A DNA stretch of 32,075 nt from Bacteroidota bacterium (lineage in GTDB: Bacteria; Bacteroidota; Bacteroidia; J057): positions 1 to 32,075 of the forward strand of contig RFHL01000743.1 of the NCBI GenBank assembly GCA_003696875.1. The letters run 5' to 3'. The notes below the pieces were generated by a model. The model was not told the DNA's origin and searched no databases. It saw nothing but the letters and a program-made list of their open reading frames with translations. Positions within the stretch are counted from its first letter, which is position 1. Every line of letters begins with the position of its first letter. Both the position numbers and the translations under genes were made by a program. Shown here one piece after another: positions 16,165 through 24,630 of this stretch.

Positions 16165-16389
16165 GGGGCCGAACTGGTCGACCTGGTGCGCAGCTACCCA
16201 GGCGTCTATGCCCTGAGGGGTGTGATCACCCTGAAAGGCTGGCTGGAGAAATCCCAGCTGACAGGCAGCCCGGCCGGCTTTTTCAGCGACGGGGTGCATC
16301 CCGCCCCGCCCACCTATCAGATCTGGGCGAGGGATATGGCAGAAAAGGTGGTGGCGTTGGGTCTGTTGCCGCCGGGCAAGCCAGGCTGA
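16165..16389 (+). pseudogene. C-terminal fragment of an SGNH/GDSL-type hydrolase
   Basis: The tail of ORF 15832..16389 reads ...LVRSYPGVYAL...FFSDGVHPAPPTYQIWARDMAEKV, which contains the block V D-x-x-H motif. No N-terminal GDS block is present, and the fragment abuts the RND fragment on the opposite strand. Confidence 0.45.
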
Positions 16390-16655
16390 TCATTCTGTTT
16401 TTACCAGTTGAAGCCGGCCCATCCGTCCCCCGGCTTGAACCTGGGCCACATATACGCCGGGCGCCAGCAGAAGAGAAACCCGACGATTATTTCTGTAAAG
16501 CAAAATATTTGCTATATTAGAAAAATGGAGTCACGGAAGCACCCTTCTGTGATTCTCTTTTCATTTCATTCTCCGCTTTTCCCGTCTGCTATTCTTGCTG
16601 ACCCAAGTCAGGAAGGGAGATCCTTTGTTTGGCCCCTCAATCCTACCCGCGCGCT

Positions 16656-17732
16656 ATGCCTACCGACCCGGCCTCCCCCCTCCCCTTCGCCTGCGGCGCG
16701 CGCATGAAGAACCGCTTCATGCTCGCCCCGCTCACCAATACCCAGAGCCATCCCGATGGCACCCTCTCCGACGATGAGTACCGCTGGCTCACCATGCGTG
16801 CCGAGGGGCAGTTTGGGTTGGTGATGACCTGTGCCGCGCATGTGCAGGCGCGGGGACAGGGCTTTCCGGGGCAGCTCGGCATCTGGGGCGATCATCAGCT
16901 GCCCGGCCACCGCCGGCTGGCGGCGGGCATACAGGCGCAGGGTGCCCTGGCCGTGGTGCAGTTGCACCACGCGGGCCTGCGCGCCCCCGCCGAGCTCATC
17001 GGCGAGCCCCCCGTCTCCCCCTCTGGCAGCCCCAAGCATGGGGCGCGGGCGCTCAGCCTCGAGGAGGTGGAGCAACTGCGCGAGGACTTCCTCGCGGCGG
17101 CCCGCCGGGCCCAGACCGCCGGCTACGACGGCGTGGAGATCCATGGGGCCCACGGCTACATCCTCACGCAATTCCTCTCCGCTGAAGTCAACCAGCGGAC
17201 CGACCGCTACGGCGGCAGCCTGGCAAACCGGGCCCGCCTGCTGTACGAAATCGTCGCGGACATCCGGGACGCCTGCGGCCCGGACTTTCTGCTGGGCGTG
17301 CGCCTGTCGCCTGAGCGCTTTGGCATGAAGCTGGCCGAGATGAAGACCATCGCCCAAGGGCTGATCGACGCGGGGCAGGTGGACTTTCTCGACTTCTCGC
17401 TCTGGGACTGCTTCAAGCTTCCCGAGGAGGCGGATGAGACACAAGTCCCTCTGGTTGAGCACGTTGCCCACCTGGACTTCAAGCAAATCCGATGGACGGC
17501 GGCAGGCAAGATCTATACCGGGGCCGAGGTGGCCCGGGTCCTGGCTGCCGGGGCCGACTTCGTCACCCTGGGCCGGGCGGGCATCCTGCATCACGACTTC
17601 CCGGCGCGGGTCATGGCGGAGCCTGATTTTGTGCCGGTAGGCCTACCCGTGACCGCCGAGTACCTGCGGAGCGAGGGCTTGGGCGAGGCTTTCATCAACT
17701 ATATGCGCCGCTGGCAGGGTTTTGTAGGCTGA
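16656..17732 (+). CDS. NADH:flavin oxidoreductase, Old Yellow Enzyme family
   Basis: An ATG at 16656 within ORF 16629..17732. Motifs are KNRFMLAPLTN, VVQLHHAG, GYDGVEIHGAHGYILTQFLS and NQRTDRYGGSLANRARL. Confidence 0.9.
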   Translation: MPTDPASPLPFACGARMKNRFMLAPLTNTQSHPDGTLSDDEYRWLTMRAEGQFGLVMTCAAHVQARGQGFPGQLGIWGDHQLPGHRRLAAGIQAQGALAVVQLHHAGLRAPAELIGEPPVSPSGSPKHGARALSLEEVEQLREDFLAAARRAQTAGYDGVEIHGAHGYILTQFLSAEVNQRTDRYGGSLANRARLLYEIVADIRDACGPDFLLGVRLSPERFGMKLAEMKTIAQGLIDAGQVDFLDFSLWDCFKLPEEADETQVPLVEHVAHLDFKQIRWTAAGKIYTGAEVARVLAAGADFVTLGRAGILHHDFPARVMAEPDFVPVGLPVTAEYLRSEGLGEAFINYMRRWQGFVG

Positions 17733-17789
17733 AGCCGAAGTCTTTTCTTTCTCCAGGCATGACGCCTGATTTATCCCTATCATGCGGCT

Positions 17790-18449
17790 ATGAAAATATC
17801 CCTCACGCTTCCCATTCTGATTCTGCTGCTGACCGGCCTGGCCTGTGCCCCTGCTACCGATTCTGAAAGGACTCGGACGACATCCTCGACTCCGGCCCAG
17901 GAAAGTCCTTTTCGCAACGGGGACATCATTTTCCAAACCTCCAAATCCAGCCAGAGCGAGGCCATACAGCTGGCGACGAACTCGCCCTACAGCCACATGG
18001 GCATCCTATACCAGGACAATGGCCAATGGTTTGTATATGAGGCCGTTCAGCCGGTGAAGCTCACCCCGCTGGAAGCCTGGATCAGGCGCGGGGTAGATCA
18101 GCATTATGTAGTCAAGCGGCTGGAAAATGCCGCCGAGGTGCTCAGCCCCGAGGTCCTGAAAAGGATGCGGGCGGTGGGGCAGAAATACGAAGGCAAAGAC
18201 TACGACATCTATTTTGGGTGGTCAGACGAAAAGATCTACTGCTCGGAGCTGGTGTGGAAGATTTACCAAGAAGCCGCTGGCATTGAGATCGGGGAGCTGG
18301 AGGAATTGTCCGATTTTGACCTGAGCAGTGAGCCGGTGCAGCAAAAAATGCGCGAGCGCTATGGGGACGATATCCCCTGGGACGAGCCCGTAATCTCCCC
18401 GGCGGCGATGTTTGACGCCCGGAACCTCGTGACAGTGGCTGAGGGATAA
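17790..18449 (+). CDS. YiiX/YaeF-type permuted papain-like (C92) family lipoprotein
   Basis: Signal peptide with lipobox (LLLTGLACA). Motifs are GDIIFQTSKSSQSEAIQLATNSPYSHMGILY and YCSELVWKIY. Confidence 0.8.
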   Translation: MKISLTLPILILLLTGLACAPATDSERTRTTSSTPAQESPFRNGDIIFQTSKSSQSEAIQLATNSPYSHMGILYQDNGQWFVYEAVQPVKLTPLEAWIRRGVDQHYVVKRLENAAEVLSPEVLKRMRAVGQKYEGKDYDIYFGWSDEKIYCSELVWKIYQEAAGIEIGELEELSDFDLSSEPVQQKMRERYGDDIPWDEPVISPAAMFDARNLVTVAEG

Positions 18450-18608
18450 AGCCCGTGCCTGCTGCACTCGGAACAAGCCAAGCCCTTGGTTTAAACCCCT
18501 TGCCGCCTTGTCAGTCTGAAGGCAAAGCTGGCTTGGGTTTCTTCTGGAAAAGCTGAACCTTACCCGTCATGCCAGTCCTGAGAAGATCGGCCGATGGGAA
18601 TCATCTCT

Positions 18609-19888
18609 ATGAAAAAGCTCCTCCCCCTCCTTTGCCTTGCCCTTGTTTGCAGCTGTAAGCCCGAAGCGGTCATCGAAGACCCCACGCCTACCCTGCCCAA
18701 CATCCTGCTGATCATCGCCGATGACATGGGCAAAGATGCCACCCCCGGCTTTGCCGAGGGCAGCGACAAGCCGCAGACGCCCCACCTGGACGATATCCGT
18801 AACAGTGGCCTCACTTTCAGCAACTTCTGGTCCTACCCGACCTGTTCGCCCACCCGGGCGGCGATCCTGACGGGCAAGTACGGCTACCGCACCGGGATAA
18901 AGTGGGCCAATGACTCTCTCACCACCAATGAGACCCTGCTGCCGCAATACCTCAGCGACGCCACCGGCGGGGCCTATGCCACCGCCGTGGTGGGCAAGTG
19001 GCATGTCTCGGGCGACGACAGCTCGCCCAACCCCGAGTCCTACGGCATCGACTACTATGCGGGGCTGATGCGCGGCGGGATCACCGATTACTACCTATGG
19101 CGCTTGTACGCAGGCGGCAGCCAAAGCCGGAGACCGGCTATACCAGCACCGTTTTTGCGGACCTCGCCATCGACTGGGTGCAGGCCCAGACCAAGCCCTG
19201 GTTTCTGTGGCTGGCCTTCAATGCCCCCCACACGCCCTTTCATGTGCCCCCTGAGGGCACGCATCAGCAGGGGAGCCTGCCCGCCTATACCACCGGCATG
19301 GACCCTATGCCCTACTATCTCGCGGCTATGGAGGCGATGGACTACGAAATAGGCCGCTTGCTGGACAGCCTGCCAGAGGAAACCCGTGACAATACGATCA
19401 TTCTCTTTATGGGCGACAATGGCACGCCCAGCCAGGTGGCCCAAGTCCCCTATACCGCCCAAACGGTCAAGGGGAGCCTGTATCAGGGCGGGATCAATGT
19501 GCCCCTCTTTGTCTCTGGTCCGGGGGTAAGCCGGACTGGCATAGACGCCAGCCTGATCAGTCCCACCGACCTCTTTGCCACCATCGTGGAACTCACGGGC
19601 GAAAGCCTGCCCGAAATCCATGACAGCCGCAGCTTTGCCGGTCTGCTCACGCAGGCCGGGACCCACCGCAGTTTTCAATACAGCGAGATGGACAACGGCA
19701 CCGAAGATGCCTGGGCCATCAGCGATGGGCAGTACAAGCTGATCGAGGACGCGCAAGGCGGGCAGGAACTGTACGACCTGAGCAGCGACCCCTACGAAAC
19801 GGACGACCTGCTGCAGGGCAGCCTGGGTGCCGAAGCCGCCGCCGCCCTGGCGGCGCTGGAGGCGGAATTGGGGGTGATCCGGGATTAG
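18609..19888 (+). pseudogene. Cys-type sulfatase split by a frameshift
   Basis: The N-terminal part (frame of 18594) has a lipoprotein signal, ILLIIADDMG and CSPTRAAILTGKY (C-x-P-x-R). Homology continues in the frame of 18998 from ...KPETGYTSTVFADLAIDWV, FNAPHTPFH and GDNGTP. The frame switch lies at about 19110-19125. Confidence 0.8.
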
Positions 19889-19972
19889 CCCGCATCCCAG
19901 ACTGGCCACGCCATTTTTTCTTCCCGGCGCAAATGGGTATTCTTGGGGGTCCATTCACCCTAGCCCTATCCT

Positions 19973-21124
19973 GTGAAACGCTTTCTCCGCCTCCTGCTGA
20001 AGGCCCTCCTGGGCCTCGTTGTCCTCATTGTTGTCCTCATTCTGGGCGTTGTGCTCTTTCTCAACTTTGCCCCTGCCTTTGGGGACAGCCCCAGCGGGGA
20101 GAGCCTGGCCCGGATTCAGGCTTCCCCCAATTATGACGGAGAGAAGTTTGTCAATCAGGTCGAAACCCGTCTCGATACCCGAGACCCAGAGAGCGGGCAG
20201 TCCCTGTTTACCAGTGTGTTTCGCATGTTATCCCCTCCTCCGGGCAAAACACCTGCCGTCCCGCTGCCTTCGGAGGCTTTTTCGCCAGCCGACCTCCAGG
20301 AGGGTACCTTTGTCTGGCTGGGACACTCGACGGTACTGATGCGCACCGGAGGGCTCGTCATTCTCACCGATCCGGTATTTCACCAGGCTTCCCCTTTGCC
20401 AGGCACGGTAGAGCCTTTTGCCATGGTGCACACGCCCCGGATGGAAGACTTGCCGGCGCAAATCGACATCGTCCTCATTTCTCATGACCACTACGATCAT
20501 TTGGACTACCAGGCCATTCAGGAGCTTACCCCCCGGGTGGGCCACTTTCTGGTGCCGCTGGGGGTCAAGGCGCACCTGCTACGCTGGGGGGTTCCAGGCG
20601 ACCAGATCGAAGAGCATGACTGGCACGACAGCCTGACCTACGGGGCTACCCGATTGACCATGACGCCGGCCCGCCATTTCAGCGGGCGGGGGCTTACCAA
20701 CAACTTCTCTACCCTCTGGTGCTCCTGGGTGATTCAGTCCGACAGCCTGCGCATCTTTTTCAACGGCGACAGCGGCTACTGGGGCGGCTTCCGGGAAATC
20801 GGCGACGCCTATGGCCCCTTTGACATCGCCTTTGTGGAGAATGGGGCCTATGACAAGGACTGGGCCGAGATCCACATGATGCCTGAGGAGAGCGTGCAGG
20901 CCAGCCTGGACTTGCAGGCCGAGCGGATGTTTCCCATCCATTGGGGCAAGTTTGACCTGGCCAATCATCCCTGGGATGATCCCATCCTGCGCACCGAGCG
21001 CGAGAGCGCGCGCCGGCAGGTGCAGATTGTAACGCCGCTGATCGGGCAGCCATTTACCCTGGAAAATGCCCCCCACCTCACCTGGTGGGAGGGGGTGCGG
21101 GCGCAGATGGAAGCGGGTGAATAG
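19973..21124 (+). CDS. MBL-fold metallo-hydrolase (NAPE-PLD-like) with N-terminal TM helix
   Basis: GTG start at 19973. The N-terminal helix is LLLKALLGLVVLIVVLILGVVLFL. Motifs are WLGHSTVLM and ISHDHYDHLD (H-x-H-x-D-H). Confidence 0.85.
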   Translation: MKRFLRLLLKALLGLVVLIVVLILGVVLFLNFAPAFGDSPSGESLARIQASPNYDGEKFVNQVETRLDTRDPESGQSLFTSVFRMLSPPPGKTPAVPLPSEAFSPADLQEGTFVWLGHSTVLMRTGGLVILTDPVFHQASPLPGTVEPFAMVHTPRMEDLPAQIDIVLISHDHYDHLDYQAIQELTPRVGHFLVPLGVKAHLLRWGVPGDQIEEHDWHDSLTYGATRLTMTPARHFSGRGLTNNFSTLWCSWVIQSDSLRIFFNGDSGYWGGFREIGDAYGPFDIAFVENGAYDKDWAEIHMMPEESVQASLDLQAERMFPIHWGKFDLANHPWDDPILRTERESARRQVQIVTPLIGQPFTLENAPHLTWWEGVRAQMEAGE

Positions 21125-21181
21125 GAGGCTTTGCCCAGGCTCTCCGTCGCACACATTGAATCACTGGCCGGTATAGCCGGT

Positions 21182-21305
21182 GGCGGCCCCTTCCATGAGA
21201 TGCTTCGGTGCCCTCAGCATGACAAGTGTGCATGGGACCGGAGTGTCCCCTTTTCCCATCTACACCCTGTGGGTGTCATGCTGAACTTCGTGAAGCATCT
21301 TCTTC
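21182..21305. repeat. Palindromic intergenic repeat, copy C (inverted pair)
   Basis: The reverse complement of 21194-21222 is tcatgctgagggcaccgaagcatctcatg, which matches the core at 24/29 positions. The flank ggcggccccttc is the inverse of gaaggggccgcc. A diverged forward copy, tcatgctgaacttcgtgaagcatct, lies at 21276-21300. The element sits between two convergent genes. Confidence 0.75.
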
Positions 21306-21384
21306 CCTATCATCACGTTGAAAAGAAAATCACCCAGCCAGAGCGCCTGACTGGGTGATGGGATGGAGCGCAGATCCATAAAGC

Positions 21385-23589
21385 CTATCCCAGCTCCTGT
21401 TTCTCCGAAATAAAGGGCTGATGGTAAAAACGCTTGCCGGTGGCCTTGTAGAGGGCATTGGCGAGGGCGCCTACCGCGGGGGGCAAGGGCGGCTCGCCCA
21501 GGCCGGTGGGGTGGATGTCGTTTTGGACGAAATGAACCTCGATCTTCTTGGGGGCCTCGCTGTGGCGGATCAGCCGGTACTGGTGGAAGTTGTTTTGCTC
21601 GGGCTGACCGTTTTTGAAGGTCAGGCCGCTGTACATGGCGTGGCCGATGCCGTCGATGATGCCCCCCTCGGCCATGTTGACGGCCGCGTCGGGATTGACC
21701 ACGATGCCACAGTCGATGGCACAGTAGACCTTGTCCACGACCAGCTTGCCGTCGCGGGGGACCATGTCCAGCACCTGCGCTACATAGGAGTTGTGGCAGA
21801 AGTAGGCCGACGCGCCGCGGCTCACCCCCTCCGCCGGCTGATCCCAGCCGGACTTGTCCCGTACCAGCTCCAGCACGCCCGCGTAGCGCGCGGCGTCGTA
21901 GTCGTTGCGCTCGCCCACCGGATTTTCCTGCGCCCGCTGGAGCAACTCCAGCCGGAAGGCGATGGGGTCCTTGCCGGCGGCCTCGGCCACCTCATCGAGG
22001 AAAGACTGCTCTGCCCCGGCGATGAAGTTGGAGCGGGGCGCCCGCCAGGCGCCCACGGAGATGTTGGACTCCAGGGTCCAGCCTTCGGCCAGGTAATTGT
22101 CTACCGCCCCGGCGGGGAAGCGGTTAGGGAAGACCGGCTGCTCGGGGATGCCACCGCCCTTGACATGGAAGGCAATCAGATTGCCCGCTTCGTCCAGCCC
22201 GGCCCGGTAGGTGACATAGTAGGTGGGCCGGTAGCAGCCGAAGGTCATGTCGTCCTCCCGGCTGTAAATGAGCTTGATCGGTGCCTGTACCTGCTGCGAG
22301 ATCACCGCCGCTTCGACCAGGAAGTGGCCGTAGAGCCGCCGCCCAAAGCCCCCGCCCATGCGGGTCATCTGGATATCGATCTTGTCCAGCGGCAGGCCCA
22401 GCCGCTGCGAGACCGATTTCTCCATGAATTCTGGCGTCTGGATGGGGCCGACCAGTTCGGCCTTTTCTGGCGTCACATGGGCGAAGAAATTCATCGGCTC
22501 CATGGTGTTGTGCGCCAGGTAGGGAGCAGTATAGCTCCGCTCGATGACCTGTGCGGCCCGGGCAAAGGCAGCCTCCGGATCACCGTCGCGCCGCATCTCG
22601 CGGGCGGGCTGGGCCGCCCGGGCGATCATGCGCTCCATTTGTATCTCCGTGCTTTCGGGCGTACCCGCTCCGCCCGGTAGGGGCTCCCACTCCAGTTGCA
22701 GGGCCTTCTTGGCCTGCATCACCTGCCAGGTAGTGTCGCCCACCACGGCGACCAGTTTGCGGAAAGCCGAGACATCGGACCATTGCATCTCATAATCCTC
22801 GGGATAGGCATCGACCACGATCACATCGCGAATGCCCGGCATAGCCTTGGCGGCGGTGGCATCCACCGACTTGAGTTGCAGGCCAAAGGCCGGCGGGGCG
22901 GCAATCATGGCGATGAGCATGCCCTCCTTCCGGTAGTCCAGCCCGTAGAGGGGCTGGCCGGTGACGATCTTTTGGCCGTCGACATTCTTGCGCGAGGTAC
23001 GGATGATCTTGAAGTCCTTTACGTCCTTGAGTTCCACTTCCTCCGGCACGGGAATCTGGGCCGCCGCGGAGGCCATCTCGCCGTAGCCCGCCGAGCGACC
23101 GCTCGGCTCGTGGTAGAGGACCCCGGTGGCGGTGGTGACTTCGGCCAGGGGCACGCCCCAGGCCTGGGCGGCGGCTTCGCGCAGCATGTGGCGGGCGGTG
23201 CCGCCCGCCATCCGCAGGGCCTCCCAGCTCTGCCGGATGGATTGGCTGCCCCCGGCCAACTGCCGGGTGAAGATGTCGGTGTTGAGGGGGGCTTGTTCGA
23301 CGACGACGAGGTCCCAGTTGGTGTCGAGTTCCTCGGCCACGATCATGGGCATGGAGGTCTTGACGTTTTGACCGATCTCGGGATTGGGTGACATGATGGT
23401 GGTCACACCGTTTTCACCGATTTTGAGATAGCCGTTCAGCTCAAACCACTCCTTGGGCATCTCCAAGGCCTTCTTGGGGTTGGAGACGCAGGAGGCCAGC
23501 CAACTGAAGCTGAGCATCATGCCACCCCCGGCGAGGGTGACGCTTTTCAGAAAAGAGCGCCGGTTATATGAAGTTTTGACGAGCGTCAT
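21385..23589 (-). CDS. Molybdopterin-binding subunit of a xanthine dehydrogenase/aldehyde oxidase family enzyme (IorB-like)
   Basis: Tat-type signal (NRRSFLKSVTLAGGGMML). The 734-aa length is typical for this subunit, and it lies downstream of a 2Fe-2S subunit gene. Confidence 0.9.
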   Translation of the reverse strand: MTLVKTSYNRRSFLKSVTLAGGGMMLSFSWLASCVSNPKKALEMPKEWFELNGYLKIGENGVTTIMSPNPEIGQNVKTSMPMIVAEELDTNWDLVVVEQAPLNTDIFTRQLAGGSQSIRQSWEALRMAGGTARHMLREAAAQAWGVPLAEVTTATGVLYHEPSGRSAGYGEMASAAAQIPVPEEVELKDVKDFKIIRTSRKNVDGQKIVTGQPLYGLDYRKEGMLIAMIAAPPAFGLQLKSVDATAAKAMPGIRDVIVVDAYPEDYEMQWSDVSAFRKLVAVVGDTTWQVMQAKKALQLEWEPLPGGAGTPESTEIQMERMIARAAQPAREMRRDGDPEAAFARAAQVIERSYTAPYLAHNTMEPMNFFAHVTPEKAELVGPIQTPEFMEKSVSQRLGLPLDKIDIQMTRMGGGFGRRLYGHFLVEAAVISQQVQAPIKLIYSREDDMTFGCYRPTYYVTYRAGLDEAGNLIAFHVKGGGIPEQPVFPNRFPAGAVDNYLAEGWTLESNISVGAWRAPRSNFIAGAEQSFLDEVAEAAGKDPIAFRLELLQRAQENPVGERNDYDAARYAGVLELVRDKSGWDQPAEGVSRGASAYFCHNSYVAQVLDMVPRDGKLVVDKVYCAIDCGIVVNPDAAVNMAEGGIIDGIGHAMYSGLTFKNGQPEQNNFHQYRLIRHSEAPKKIEVHFVQNDIHPTGLGEPPLPPAVGALANALYKATGKRFYHQPFISEKQELG

Positions 23590-23663
23590 AGAGTAGGGGA
23601 TTCAATGTTCAACTGTAAAAGTGGCATGTTCCATATGGGTCGTTCAGGGCGGGAGGTACAGGG

Positions 23664-23705
23664 TCTCTGCTCTGACCTCCGACCTCTGACTTCCGACCTC
23701 TCATC
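23664..23705. repeat. Heptad array (tctctgc tctgacc tccgacc tctgact tccgacc tctcatc)
   Basis: Six consecutive 7-nt units starting at the stop codon of the 2Fe-2S gene, inside the 114-bp spacer to the Mo-subunit gene. Confidence 0.6.
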
Positions 23706-24165
23706 AACTCATCGACTGCGCCGCGGTCTTGATGGCCGCTTTGATACGGGTGTAGGTCCCGCAGCGGCAGATGTTGCCGTTCATGGCGGCTTCGATGGCC
23801 TCGTCGGTGGGGTTGGGATTGTTTTTGAGGAAGGCGGCGGCATTCATAATCTGGCCGGCCTGGCAATAGCCGCATTGTGGCACATCGTGTTCAAGCCAGG
23901 CTTGTTGCACCGGATGGTCACCGGCCTCGGACAGGCCTTCGATGGTGGTGATGGCCTGGCTGCCCACCGCCGAGACCGGCAGGGAGCAGGAGCGCACCGC
24001 AACGCCGTTGAGGTGGATGGTGCAGGCTCCGCATTGGGCGATGCCGCAGCCGTACTTGGTGCCGACCAGGTTCAGGTGATCGCGCAGCACCCAGAGGATC
24101 GGGGTCGCCGGGTCTACCTCTACCTGGTGATTCTTTCCGTTGACATTCAGGTCAAAAGTCGCCAT
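23704..24165 (-). CDS. (2Fe-2S)-binding small subunit (IorA-like)
   Basis: Cys clusters [16 protein letters not shown] and NICRCGTY, in a 153-aa protein. Confidence 0.9.
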   Translation of the reverse strand: MATFDLNVNGKNHQVEVDPATPILWVLRDHLNLVGTKYGCGIAQCGACTIHLNGVAVRSCSLPVSAVGSQAITTIEGLSEAGDHPVQQAWLEHDVPQCGYCQAGQIMNAAAFLKNNPNPTDEAIEAAMNGNICRCGTYTRIKAAIKTAAQSMS

Positions 24166-24168
24166 AGC

Positions 24169-24550
24169 TTATAGGTAATAGTTTGGAAAGCTAAATATAC
24201 CAATCTCTTTTCGGAAAAAAAGACCGCGTTTGGGAGTGCCCTCTGACAAAACCTTCTGAATCGCCACATCCTGCGGGCGGATGAGCATCGGAATCTCGGT
24301 GCAACCGAGGATGACCCCCTCGGCCCCGGCCGCCTGCAGGCGCCCGGGCTGCCTCGGCCATGCGTTCATCGAGCTGATCCCATTCGCCCGCATGCTGTAG
24401 CCGCTCAACCTCGGCAAAGTCCAGAGAATAAAGCAGGCAGGGACAAGAGGCGAGCCCGTCTTTGCGGGCCTTGACCCGCTCATTCAGTATTTGGTAGTAC
24501 AGCAGGGAAGATTCCCCGCTCATGCCGCCAATCAGGCCGATGGTTTTCAT
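24169..24550 (-). pseudogene. Aspartate/glutamate racemase family remnant (frameshift, internal deletion and 3' truncation)
   Basis: The N-terminus MKTIGLIGGMSGESSLLYYQILNERV...LLYSLDFAEVERLQHAGEWD...MAEAAR continues, after a frameshift near 24345, as RLQAAGAEGVILGCTEIPMLIRPQDVAI. That joins the N-half G-A-E-G motif directly to the C-half GCTE motif. Homology stops at about 24259. Together the recognisably homologous segments cover about 100 aa (24259-24550), whereas family members are about 230 aa. Confidence 0.75.
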
Positions 24551-24595
24551 TTGAAAGGTTAATCAGAACCTGGGTTAAGTAACCGGAGAAAGATA

Positions 24596-24630
24596 TCTCG
24601 CCTCTCGATTCTCGCCTCTATTCATCTCCC
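24596..24630. repeat. Heptad array (tctcgcc tctcgat tctcgcc tctattc atctccc)
   Basis: Five 7-nt units immediately 3' of the stop (24631-24633) of the chimeric minus-strand ORF. Confidence 0.5.

Noticed and set aside
16608-17594. A 328-aa ORF on the minus strand.
   Set aside because: It lies entirely antisense to the well-supported Old Yellow Enzyme gene. It has a Gly/Ala/Arg/Pro-rich, low-complexity composition typical of shadow ORFs in GC-rich DNA.
19095-19130. Programmed ribosomal frameshift in the sulfatase.
   Set aside because: There is no X-XXY-YYZ slippery heptamer and no obvious downstream stimulatory structure at the frame switch. A mutation or sequencing indel is the simpler explanation.
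19091-19954. A 287-aa minus-strand ORF.
   Set aside because: It is antisense to the sulfatase. It has low-complexity composition and no motifs.
21421-23391. Plus-strand ORFs of 419 aa and 231 aa.
   Set aside because: They are antisense shadows of the molybdopterin-subunit gene, whose own frame has a clear Tat signal and a family-typical length.
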